This document shows, in pieces, positions 1 through 11,573 of a DNA stretch of 64,000 nt (position 1 is the first letter of the stretch; each line of letters begins with the position of its first letter). Below the pieces are notes generated by a model. It did no database searches and had not been told where the DNA came from. It worked only from the letters and a program-made list of their open reading frames with translations. The position numbers and the translations under genes were made by a program. Location of the stretch: contig OX597817.1 of NCBI GenBank assembly GCA_951406725.2, positions 164,982,001-165,046,000 on the forward strand, written 5' to 3'. The DNA comes from Octopus vulgaris. Lineage: Eukaryota.

Positions 1-205
1 TGACGCGAATGGTAATATATAATTAAATTAATTATAATTAATTGTTTCTTGAGTTTATATAGGACTGTGTTCTATAAATGGTCATAAACCCGAAGTTTCT
101 ATCTTTAAAAACAAGGAGTTACAACCTCTTGTGTGATTTTTTGCTACCCTGGTAAGAATTTATCTATTTTTTCCGTGTTAATTGTTAACAAGGGAAAATA
201 CACTC

Positions 206-295
<90 letters not shown>

Positions 296-397
296 AGAAA
301 ATGGTAAGACAAGAAAAGAATAAAAGAGACCTCGATATTATGTAAATAGAAGAATTTATCTGTAAATGTGATATGTGACAATTATTCGGTTGCCATG

Positions 398-456
398 ATA
401 AAACTCCGAGTTTTGGATGTCGGGGTGGAAATCCACAACGGCATCTCTTCAGTTAT
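398..456 (-). ncRNA. Degenerate hammerhead (G12A) in a Penelope-like fragment
   Basis: ATAA-CTGAAGA-GATGCCG..GTGGA/TCCAC..CGACATC-C-AAAAC-TCGGA-GTT-TTAT: stem I ATAA/TTAT, long stem II, stem III ACTC/GAGT. Confidence 0.5.
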
Positions 457-989
457 TGGGCCACGAAAAAAATGCTATGAAAATGACCGTTAAACAAAAG
501 GAAATTACTGTGTGATTGACCGTTAAGACAAAAGAGCTATTAGAATGACCGCTAAGTAAGGTAAAGGAGTAAAAATGTTCATAGCAATCGCATAAGCACG
601 CATGTCCATACATACACATGTGCGCCCGAACATCCACGTACATGTGCCCATGTGTATATACTCATCCACCCTCACTTAAAACACACACATGCTCACCCAC
701 ACATTTGCCCCAAAATACATACATATATATATATATATATATAAATGTATATTTACAATATATATACGTATGTATGTATATAATGTATATTTACAACATA
801 TATACGTATGTATGTATATATATGTATATATATATAAATGCATATTTATATATATATATATATACATATATATATACATGTATGTGTATATATACAAATA
901 TATATATATATAAATACATATATACACATATACATGTATATCTAACTCTATGTATGTATATATACTTTTAAAAAGCGTTTCACTTAGCT

Positions 990-1340
990 TCACATGACTT
1001 ACAGTTTCGTGGGTGCGTGGACAGGTTCATCTCATTAGATACTAGGAACAGAGTGAGGAACTTTTTGCGAGACATTCAAGATGGCCTCTATTGGTCAGTT
1101 CAGTTCACGTTGTATTAGTGTTATGAAAGTGACACCAGCTATTTTATTTGCCGTCTAAGTGGCACCAGCATCCTGCCAACATCCGGTCCAAACGCGTGAC
1201 CTGAGCTGAAGGACAGAAGCCTAACACACTGAAGCTATCTAGAATTTCTCTTTAACAAAAATCTCTCAATCTGCTCCTATGATCTGATGAGATAAGCATG
1301 CCAAACGCGCCCACGAAACTCTCAGTCATGCTGAGGGGAG
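990..1340. mobile_element. Old element with inverted terminal copies of a hammerhead motif
   Basis: Plus 1282-1330 AT-CTGATGA-G...CGCGCCCAC-GAAAC-TCTCA-GTC-ATG; minus 993-1042 AT-CTAATGA-G...CGCACCCAC-GAAAC-TGTAA-GTC-ATG; the flanks are homologous as well. Confidence 0.55.
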
Positions 1341-1396
1341 TCAAGCTGTTATTAGAATTATGCACAATTCCTACCAAATGCTGAGTGTTTCTCATT

Positions 1397-1437
<41 letters not shown>

Positions 1438-1689
1438 GGATTTGTATGATTGTGTATAGAGGGATATATATTATTCAAAGGAATTCCAACTCTGTTTTTT
1501 ATGTTTTATTTATATTCTTATAATATTAATGTAGAATATGGAATATATAGTATAAAAAGTATATATAGTATAATGAAATGAAGTATTGATTGTCTTATTG
1601 AAGAGATGAAATAGTGAATATCAAATATTAAGGGACTAGTATGCTTTCTTGCATTAAAGCAGTCTTCAAGGTCCCAGGTTGTGACAGGA

Positions 1690-1762
<73 letters not shown>

Positions 1763-1764
<2 letters not shown>

Positions 1765-2589
1765 AAGGTAAACGACGTGCAGACTGGATACACTGGCCCA
1801 GGAAAAATTGCAATCCCTGAGTCAAAATCAGTGCGTGACCTAGGCATTGACATGAGCAATGATGCATCTTTCCAAGTGCATATTACTAATCTGGTGATAA
1901 AATGCAGACGGCTAGCTGGATGGATTCTCCGAACTTTCAGAACAAGAGAGAAGGAGACACTGATGTTCCTCTGGAAAACATTCGTCCTCAACCGCTTGGA
2001 CTACTGCTCCCAACTATGGTCACCACACAATATAAAACTAACAGCAGAACTCGAAGCAATTCAAAGAAGCTACACAAAGAAGATCGTTTCAATGCAAAAT
2101 ATCAGCTACTGGGAAAGACTGAAAGTATTAAACCTCTTCTCCCTAGAGCGGAGGCGGGAGAGATATGCGGTGATATACATCTGGAAAATCCTGGAGGGTC
2201 TTGTCCCAAACTTTGGCATTCAAAGTTACCCCAACTGCATGGTGCCAAAGATTCCAACATCACCATCAAAATGCAGGTCCAGATACTGCAACAGCTTGGG
2301 TTTCAGAGGACCACAGCTCTTTAACATCCTCCCTAAATGCCTGAGAGACTTACATGGTGTGGATGTGGGTTTCTTTAAAACTAAACTGGATCTCTTCTTG
2401 TTGGGGGTCCCATATGAACCTACCTCACGACAGGAGACACAGATGCGGGCAGCAGCATCGAACTCCCTTGTTGATCAAGTGCCACATATCAGAGGTGGAT
2501 TCACATATTAGTGTAGCTCATTCAGCGGTGGTGTCCCAGCATGGCCACGGCCTTCGGGCTAAAACATTTTTAAGGATTTAAGGATTTAA

Positions 2590-2592
<3 letters not shown>
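1763..2592 (+). mobile_element. 5'-truncated CR1-group LINE: RT C-terminus, 3' UTR and (TTTAAGGA)n tail, inserted in (TA)n
   Basis: Open frame to stop at 2511 with VRDLGI..., LWKTFVLNRLDYCSQLWSP, LEAIQRSYTK, SYWERLKVLNLFSLERRRER, typical of CR1-like ORF2 ends; 8-mer tandem tail about 2569-2592; TA repeats on both sides. Confidence 0.88.
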
Positions 2593-2623
<31 letters not shown>

Positions 2624-2731
2624 CGGAATGGTCATATTGCCAGTTTAGCCAATAAAAACACACGCACTATATATTTGGTGTTATTTTGCTTCAGTGATAT
2701 TTATTTTTTACATTAATCTTAATCTTATTTC

Positions 2732-2776
2732 GGCCAAAGTTCTTTCGTCACACTCCTGTGACCGCATCAGTGGTCC
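2732..2776 (-). ncRNA. Degenerate hammerhead-like motif in a TA-flanked element (about 2621-2840)
   Basis: CCA-CTGATGC-G-GTCACA(GGAG)TGTGAC-GAAAG-AA-CTT-TGG; A9 replaced by C. Confidence 0.4.
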
Positions 2777-2841
2777 TTTGTTTTCTTCTCACTTACTTGT
2801 GTCTCTCCTTACTAACCGTCAGCCATTTTGTATATTTAAAC

Positions 2842-2878
<37 letters not shown>

Positions 2879-3466
2879 CACACACATAAATATATACATG
2901 TTTGTAAGCGAAAGTATGTGTGTGTACATTCGAGCGCGCACACACATACAAATGTATGTGTGCTTACTAGCATATACTCAGACACGTGTGTCCGTGTATC
3001 TATAGACTGTTTATTATTCATTAAGCTGAGATCTTTTCTAGTCGAGTAAAACGGCGATCACAAAATTTCCACTTATGACTCCACATGGTTGTTTCGTTAA
3101 CACTCATAATGTATCTAACAAAATGTGATCTTCATTTTTTTTTTGTCAGATGTTAGCGAACGATTTGAGGATATTTTGGGCCGCTATTTCAAAGCACTGT
3201 CGCCCCCTCGTTGGCTCGTATAAAAGTGATTTGTGTGTGTATGATTTAGAGTTAGACATACATACATAAATGGATTTTGAGTGTGTGTGAATGTGGGTTG
3301 AATGAGTATTGGAGGTTGTGTGTGTGTGTGTGTGTGCGTATGTGTTTGTGTGTGTGTGTATGTGTGTGTGCAGGGTTCGGGGGTCGTGTGCGTCTGCATA
3401 AATCTACTTAGACATATCAGATTTGATACACACCGATACCCTCGCACGAGCCTATGTAAGTCCAAG

Positions 3467-3523
<57 letters not shown>

Positions 3524-3674
3524 GCTTGCAAATGTGCATACACACACGCACACACATACATATATATATACGCAACGTTATACACACATAAATGAATTGT
3601 GATTTTATAGATATGAAAAGAGATACGAGGAACCATTGGCAGCACCCTTCTGTCCCCGTCTGTCAGTCTCTCTC

Positions 3675-3705
<31 letters not shown>

Positions 3706-4693
3706 AGCTTTCTGTCTTTCTCTGTCTCTGTCTCTCAGTCTTTCACTCTCTCATATACTTTCACCACCACTCACGCTTTTTGTATTTCACCATTGTCTAT
3801 CTCATCCCTTCTTTCATCTCCCCTTAACACTAGCTTTCGCCTGTCACTCGCTTGCATACCTATTCCTTCTCATCATGGTTTCCTTTACTCTTTCTTCGCA
3901 ATCTCTCCCTCTCTCACTATTTCTCCCTTTCTCCTTCATTTCCTCCATCTATCTTCCTCTCTCCCGTCTTCAAAACCTATGCTTTTCCTCTTTTGTTTCT
4001 CTTGTGGGTTATCTTGATGTTGATTTCTGTGTTATCTAAAGTAGAGGTGGGTATGTTGCGGGCGAAGTGCTCAAGCAGGAGAATAGGGGTCTGGCTGTTT
4101 TTAGAATGAGGTGAGGACGATGGGTGGGCGGAAGACAGTGAAATGTTGAATGAAACGACAAGGTAGATTGACAATGTTGATAGCACAGGAGTCAGGTATT
4201 AATTGATAAAAATCTTTGCTGTCGTTGTTGTTGTTGTTGTTGTTGTTGTTGCTATTATTACTGTTATTTGTAGCCTTTCATGTATTTACTTTACGTGAGA
4301 AACATATACATATTATGTATCCGTTTATACATATTATACATACATACATACATACATGTACATATCGTATGTGTATGTAAGTATATGCATACAAGTATGT
4401 ATGAGTGTCTATATGATATATATATACATATATATATATGTACACACACATATATATATATATACATGTCATATGTGTATATAAGTATATGCATACAAGT
4501 ATGTACGAGTGTGTATGTGTGTGTATATGTATATATATATATATATACAGACATATATATACATATATATATATACACAGACATACATATACATATCATA
4601 TGTGTATGTAATTATATGCATACAAGTAGGTATGAGTGTGTATGTGTGTATAGGCATATATATATACACATGTATACATATACATATATATAT

Positions 4694-4732
<39 letters not shown>

Positions 4733-5035
4733 TACAGAAGCACATATCTATTTGTCTATTTGTGAGTGTGACAGTGTGCGTGTGTGTGTGTATGTGTGTG
4801 TATGTGTGTGTAAATGCATACATTCATTCACACACATATATAAAATTCATATACATGTGGATATATTTGTGTGTGTGTGACTTCCAAGTTACAGTCAATA
4901 TTATTATCCTCAAACGATAATACATTTTTTTTTCTGCCAAATGTATTGAATAATCATTCAATTTAATGTAAATTCGTTTTTTTATTACATAAAAACAAGC
5001 TTTAATATGTATATTTATATGCGTGTGTGTTTGTG

Positions 5036-5082
<47 letters not shown>

Positions 5083-5099
5083 ATGTGTACACATATATA

Positions 5100-5147
<48 letters not shown>

Positions 5148-5784
5148 TATATATAAAGATATATATAAAGATATATGTTTGCATATAAAATGCCTATCTA
5201 CCATGTGTATCCTTACATACGCATAGAACACACATCAACTATATGTATCCTTGCTCGCAAATAAACATATATGATTCCTTGTTAACATATATCATATGAG
5301 ATACTATCAGTAGAAATCATGAAATACGATATAGGTGATACGCAAATAAGATAGACGTTCAATCCCAGTTGATAACACTTCACATACATGTCCTATAATG
5401 AGGTGAAAATGAATTACTTATAGAAGTACTAAAATTATATGAAAGAACCACCCACTCGAAAGGAAACGAGATAAAAGTGAAAATAAACGCGTCACATTAT
5501 GAGTTTTTTTAAGCTTTTCCTAATTACTTTGTCGAATGCTTCGCTTATCAAGAATCTTGTGACGAATAACTTCGCGAAATTTTTTTGCTAATATGGTAAG
5601 TAATACTGAAAAGAACTTTTCTATAGAAGGTCATTATTTTACATATTTCATTACCGTTTTTTTTTTAGATAATATATCAAAGCAGTAGTGTTATATAATA
5701 TAAAACAGTTTGACCGCTAAGCCACAGTGAAGTGTGTGAATGCACGGTGTTGTCTATCATTCGCAGTAATACATTTACATATGT

Positions 5785-5982
5785 GACCGCGTGTGTATCG
5801 GTGGCGATTTTCTTTCTCCGTCTTCCCTTCTTTGGACTTTAAAAAAATTTTTATGATGAAGAGCTCCGCTCGAAACGTGAAATCCTTTTTCTTTTCTTTC
5901 CTTTCCTGAGCGTCCGATAGCACTGTACTTATTCCACGTCCTCGTGTTGTTTTTTCTTGCTGGTTCATTTTGTGATTGACTA
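5785..5982 (+). mobile_element. Related TA-abutting element with decayed hammerhead (5848-5883)
   Basis: ATGATGA-A-GAGC(TCC)GCTC-GAAAC-GTG; body homologous to 62125-62327. Confidence 0.55.
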
Positions 5983-6128
5983 TATCTATGTATATATACG
6001 TGCGTGTGTGTGTGTCTTTGTGTGTGTGTGTATATATATATTTCTTTGTATCGTCTATCTGGATGTTTTGTTGTCCCATTTTTGTATCACCTAACTGTCC
6101 GGATGTTTTGCGTTTTTGTCCCATTTTG

Positions 6129-6167
<39 letters not shown>

Positions 6168-6170
<3 letters not shown>

Positions 6171-6351
6171 GGAAAGTTTACGAAAATAAACAACAGACGA
6201 AGGCAGGTGGAGTACAAACCAAACAAATGTATTAGTATGGCGCTCAGGAATAGAAAAAGTCTTTTACGTTTCGAGCCTACGCTCTTCGACAGAAAGATAC
6301 ACAGAAAAAAACAAGGAGAGAAAAAAATGCGTGTAGGAGCTAACGATCTAT

Positions 6352-6352
<1 letters not shown>
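6168..6352 (-). mobile_element. About 190-bp TA-abutting element with hammerhead-like fold (CUGUNGA core) at 6260-6297
   Basis: TCTTT-CTGTCGA-A-GAGC(GTAG)GCTC-GAAAC-GTA-AAAGA; near-identical copy at 25868-26085. Confidence 0.65.
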
Positions 6353-6443
<91 letters not shown>

Positions 6444-6515
6444 TTGAATTAGAGACCAACACGTGACATCAAAGTGAGGCAGGGGTAGAAATATAAGAAG
6501 TCCAATATTATATAT

Positions 6516-6583
<68 letters not shown>

Positions 6584-6633
6584 AATATACCACACAAACT
6601 CATGTATGTAATATATGTATGTATGTATAATAC

Positions 6634-6866
6634 AAGGCGGCGAACACATCGGACAGGATGCTTAGTAACATTTCTTCTGTGCTTACGTTCTGAGTTCAAA
6701 TTCCGCCGAGGTCGACTTTGCCTTTCATCATTTAGGAGTCAATAGCATAAGTACAAGTTGAGTGCTGTGGTCGATGTAATCGACTTAACCCTCACCACCA
6801 CCGCCACCGCCACCGCTATCACCGCCATCCGAAATTGCTGGCTTTGTGCCAAAATTTAAACCAATA
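6634..6866 (+). mobile_element. Family D SINE with alternative tail
   Basis: Central domain plus AAATTGCTGGCTTTGTGCCAAAATTTAAACCAAT. Confidence 0.8.
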
Positions 6867-6878
6867 TATAATAAATAA

Positions 6879-7119
6879 TGCGCCCTTTCAAAGCCTAGTT
6901 TCCCGGTTTCTATGACGTATGTGTTCCCCAGCTGGACGGGACGCCATTCCATCGCAGCGTTACTCATTTTTGCCAGCTGAGTGGAAGCAACGTGGACTGG
7001 AGCAACGTGGAAGGAAGTATTTTGCTCAAGAACACACCACGTCGCTCGGTTCAGGAATCGAAACCACAGTCATACGATCAGGATGCTGACACTCTAACCA
7101 CTAAGCCACGCGCCTCCAC
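6879..7119 (-). mobile_element. Family B-related SINE with CTGCGATGGA..GGCGTCCCGTCCAG tail module
   Basis: tRNA-like head GTGGAGGCGCGTGGCTTAGTGG; tail shared with 36503-36600. Confidence 0.8.
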
Positions 7120-7523
7120 AAGCCAATATGTATGTATTATATATTTGTGTATGTATATATGAAAATTACGCCGGTTGTTCTAGCTCAATTTTACTATTTT
7201 TATATTTTCTTAAAATGGCGATAAATATGAGATACTCGTAAACGTACACTGAAGGTATAATAACGTAAAAGAATAAGTGGTTTCGTAGTAATAAAGGGAC
7301 GCTTGCTGCATGAAAAGGTCGTAATTTCACACAGGTTAACGATAATGAGCAAACTATGAATGAATGATTCTGCTTAAAATTGAGGCAGAAGAAATTTTGA
7401 AATTTCAGTTAATTAAAATTCGATTCAATCTGGAATGAAAGGGGCATGATTCTGATATTCAGCAGTAGTATTATTATGCTTCTTTAGCAAATATCTACAA
7501 TATAGGTCACCTCCTCTTCCTCT

Positions 7524-7667
<144 letters not shown>

Positions 7668-8130
7668 GGTTAGAGAGCAACACACGACACCAAAGTGACG
7701 CAGGGGTAGAAATATACGAAGTCCAATATACTTATCGTGACTACCCGACCGATAAGGGTACACCAGGCACATGCATCACAACCACATGTGGGCGAAACGG
7801 TGGTCTCATTGCAAGAGAAACAGCACATGACTTTGCAGGTGGGACGCAGTAAGAATTTTCTTCAGGTCGAGTAGCCCATTCCGCTCAAACGGTCCCTGAA
7901 TAAAAGTTGTTTAAGGATGATGAATGAAACACCCATGTTTCCAGGGGTGAATTATTCAAATCCCAAAGAATCCCTCTTAACACAGAACTATGATGCTCCC
8001 CTGCTACTCCTGTTCATGATCAGAGATGCACATATCGTCAGCCACAAATGGACATGCCTAAATGTTTAATGTCAAGCAACTGACAAGCAAATCTGTGGTA
8101 TTGAGCAGAATATTTGCTGTAGCCCATCTT
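7668..8130 (-). mobile_element. Unclassified retroposon whose end abuts (CTA)n; short second copy at 6450-6508
   Basis: TAGAGA.CAACAC..GACA.CAAAGTGA.GCAGGGGTAGAAATATA.GAAGTCCAATAT follows a (CTA)n tract at both loci. Confidence 0.55.
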
Positions 8131-8214
8131 AATCAGTTAAAGATCAGAAGCCATGAGAGCCACTGCCTGGTACTGCATCATTATCATTATTATTGTTATT
8201 ATTATTATTATTAT

Positions 8215-8365
8215 TCTATGTTTGACTTTTGCTTTATATTTGTACAAGTTGGCTCCAAGTCTCACCCAGAGACCTCAAGAGACAACAGGGTTGGAAGTTC
8301 ATGTTGTTGTTATGCCTAGTGTGCCATATATTTGGGGGGTGGGGATGTTGTACTAATGGATGTCT
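8215..8365 (-). mobile_element. Possible Dong/R4-type LINE 3' UTR in (TAA)n
   Basis: Minus strand GTCTCTTGAGGTCTCTGGGTGAGACTTGG...CAAAAGTCAAACAT then (AAT)n, with TAA tracts on both sides; clade assignment is from recollection only. Confidence 0.35.
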
Positions 8366-8378
8366 AAAAAAAAAAAAG

Positions 8379-8445
<67 letters not shown>

Positions 8446-8659
8446 CGCCAAGTCCCCTCCCCCAAATTTCAGGCCTTAAAGCGCCTCCTCTATTGGGAGT
8501 TTTACTGTGTTTAATTTTTTTATTGCTGTATATTGATTACATGCTGTAAAACCCTTTGTCTCGTCTTGTGTTGTCTTTCAAGTTTGTGTCATGTCATTTA
8601 ATGTTGTTTTATGTGAGCCCTTGTGGCTAATAAAAGAACTGATTATTATTATCATAATC

Positions 8660-8730
<71 letters not shown>

Positions 8731-8758
8731 CATTATTATTCTAAGAACTATAGCTTAC

Positions 8759-8967
8759 CGTGAAATTGTTCTGGTTCACTGATCTCCCAGAAGACGACTG
8801 GTTCATCACTGATGACCTTGACATGGACGAGGGTTTTTCCAGAGTGTGACTGGTACTGGCTGCGTGGGCTGCATTGCTTGCTGTGCATGGCCTGCACAAG
8901 AAGTGCCTTGTGTCACTCTGCCATATCACATTGTCTCCAGAACCGCAGTTGGCACATTCATGAATTT
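8759..8967 (-). CDS. Internal coding exon with a degenerate GATA-type zinc finger (C-x2-C-x16-C-x2-C), N-finger-like
   Basis: Minus strand: T-rich tract + TTTGTAG acceptor | AA ATT CAT GAA TGT GCC AAC TGC ... AAT TTC ACG | GTAAG donor; 209 nt, open, phase 1 to phase 0. Translation (E)IHECANCGSGDNVIWQSDTRHFLCRPCTASNAAHAASTSHTLEKPSSMSRSSVMNQSSSGRSVNQNNFT aligns with the GATA N-finger [29 protein letters not shown] (E-x-x-EC-x-NCG, W at loop position 8, H-F/Y-LC) and starts at the same exon position and phase. Confidence 0.75.
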
Positions 8968-9020
8968 CTACAAATAAAAAAAAACACGAAAAAAAATTTA
9001 TAAAAATAAATAATCAAAAC

Positions 9021-9129
9021 ATCCTCCTCCTCCTCCTCCTCCTCCTCCTCCTCCTCCTCATCATCATCATCATCATCATCCTCCTCCTCCTCCTCCTCCT
9101 CCTCCTCATCATCATCATCATCCTCCTCC

Positions 9130-9169
<40 letters not shown>

Positions 9170-9201
9170 CATCATCATCATCCTCATCATCATCATCATC
9201 C

Positions 9202-9236
<35 letters not shown>

Positions 9237-9245
9237 TCCTCATCC

Positions 9246-9294
<49 letters not shown>

Positions 9295-9344
9295 CATCCT
9301 CATCCTCATCATCATCATCATCCTCATCATCATCATCATCATCC

Positions 9345-9390
<46 letters not shown>

Positions 9391-9425
9391 CATCATCATC
9401 ATCCTCATCATCATCATCATCATCC

Positions 9426-9462
<37 letters not shown>

Positions 9463-9482
9463 CATCATCATCATCCTCATCC

Positions 9483-9519
<37 letters not shown>

Positions 9520-9554
9520 CCTCCTCCTCATCATCATCCTCCTCCTCCTCCTCC

Positions 9555-9600
<46 letters not shown>

Positions 9601-9668
9601 CCTCCTCCTCCTCATCATCATCATCATCCTCATCATCATCATCATCATCCTCATCCTCATCCTCATCC

Positions 9669-9699
<31 letters not shown>

Positions 9700-9770
9700 C
9701 CTCCTCCTCATCATCATCATCCTCATCATCATCATCATCATCCTCATCATCATCATCATCATCATCATCC

Positions 9771-9813
<43 letters not shown>
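9021..9813. repeat. About 790-bp compound (TCA/TCC)n trinucleotide repeat
   Basis: Directly visible. Confidence 0.97.
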
Positions 9814-10367
9814 TGTCATGAATATCAGATATAGTGCTCAAGAAATGATTGTATGAAAACGAAATGAACTGTTGGCAAACATCTGGATAGATCGAAAGCT
9901 TAATATGTGTTTATGAAATGATACGAAATCGTTGTGTTTTAATGTCATGTATTCACCAAGATTATCGCCTTAAGCAACATCAGATTATCGACTTAAACTC
10001 ATGATATGATCTCCATTTATCTTCTATAGTTTCTCATCTTCAACAAAATACGCCACCGGCCTGCTATAACATTGATTACTAGACTAGACCCAAGTCGGAA
10101 ATTTTAGAAGGATAGTACAATCCGTTTGATTGACTGTACTCTCCTTCAGTATTTTGTTGCTATCTTACCAAGCTTGTGTTATATTTTTTTTATATAGGCA
10201 CTAATTCTTTTATTCTGAGACATAAAAAAAACAATAATAACAGCAATAATATATATTATTCATTATATATATCAAGAAACGCAGGCAGACATACACAAAT
10301 ACAGAGACACATCTACTGGCACATACGTTACAGTTGTTTCTACGAAAAGTATTAGGGTAGGTAGATA

Positions 10368-10890
10368 CCGTAAATACTTGAGTATAATCCGTATTCCCCC
10401 CCCCAAAAAAAAAAAATTTTAAGGTCAAAATCCCTAGTGCGTACTATATACGAGGTTAAAATTGAAAAATATTTTCCAAGCAATGTCTGAGTCTCTATTT
10501 GCTGTCTGGCAGTGTTTATTCAGACGTATTTTGTGATGTCGGCCGCGAAAATACCTTAAGCTAAGCCTGAAAGCAGTGAAGTCATAAAAGAATCTTCCAT
10601 AACTTGCAGTAACCAACATTTATTAAAACATAAGTATTCCGAACACAGAATAACATGTAACAAAAACAATTTGCAAACATATTTACATTCCCATATAACA
10701 GTTAAGAACATTGCCATTATTGTATTACGCATGTGCGGAAGTGTTTGACTAGGTGCTGCTGGCTTAATTACATACGACTCAAGTTAGAGAAGGGGTGCAT
10801 ATTATACACAAGGTTTAGGTTTTTCAGAAGTAAAGACCCCTAAAAATCCCCTACGTATTATACTCAAGGGCGGACTATACTCGATACTAT
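10368..10890. mobile_element. Tc2-like (CCGTA-terminus) non-autonomous DNA transposon
   Basis: TA|CCGTAAATACTTGAGTATAATCCG at left; GCGGACTATACTCGA at right; internal GCGTACTATATACGAGG-like repeats; right end abuts a SINE tail. Confidence 0.55.
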
Positions 10891-10891
10891 A

Positions 10892-11130
10892 AAGGGTAAA
10901 GACCCCTTCGGTCATGAATGACCTGGGATTGCTCGCCCATGCATACCGGCCTTCTCCACGCCACCAGTGTTATCCAGGAAAGACAAAGGTCGATACAAAC
11001 TCATTTCTACAGCTGAGTGAACTGGAGCAACGTGAAATAAAGTGCCTTGCTCAAGAACACAACACGAGCCGGTCCGAGAGCTCACAACCTCCGATCGTAA
11101 GCTCGACGCTCTAACCACTGAGCTAAGGCA
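10892..11130 (-). mobile_element. Family B SINE with internal deletions
   Basis: Similarity to 43398-43742. Confidence 0.8.
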
Positions 11131-11545
11131 CGAATTATATGGATGTTATTAAATACTACAATATATTATGTTCGATTTTCTACCAATTTTTCAGTTTGTT
11201 CGATTATTTTTTACTGCCCTGCAACTTATAGAATACTCTACCTGCTGCGCCAGTTGTTCGATACTCTCTATATATTTTATTGCAGGAACTTCCAGCCTCT
11301 GCGCCGTGGTACATCAATGTGCCGTGAATTGCGTACAGACGTGCTGCCGAGTTTTAGAAGTAAGACAGAAAATGTTAAGATATTTACAAAATTTGTACGT
11401 GTTTTAATGCCTTGCATGTGTTTACCTTTGTTTTGACACAAATTCAATTCTCGGTTTAAAATAATTTTAACAGCAATAGTCAACAGAAGCGAACTTGAAT
11501 GTCCGGGGCAGATTTGAAATTCGCAGGTATCATTTATTTACTTAC

Positions 11546-11573
11546 CAAATTCATCATCAGATTTAATAACGCC
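11546..11573 (-). CDS. Candidate 28-nt micro-exon upstream of the zinc-finger exon (GVIKSDDEF-E)
   Basis: AAATAG|GGC GTT ATT AAA TCT GAT GAT GAA TTT G|GTAAGT: perfect donor; the phase-1 end joins the 8967 acceptor in frame to give DDEF-E-IHEC, like the acidic-aromatic DDFS-E-GREC of GATA4/5/6. The polypyrimidine tract is weak. Confidence 0.3.

Noticed and set aside
3977-4186. ORF resembling signal peptide plus KRNKR cleavage site
   Set aside because: GTG start with an in-frame stop five codons upstream and no usable splice sites found; not supportable.
8880-8960. ArfGAP interpretation of C-x2-C-x16-C-x2-C
   Set aside because: Lacks WAS, the G.F/I.C pattern and the catalytic Arg after the last Cys; W position, HFLC and exon phase fit GATA better.
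9014-9841. 275-aa poly-Asp/Glu ORF resembling an acidic biomineral protein
   Set aside because: Pure trinucleotide repeat, no ATG start or signal peptide, drifts into poly-Met/Arg, and lies in the intron before the 8967 acceptor.
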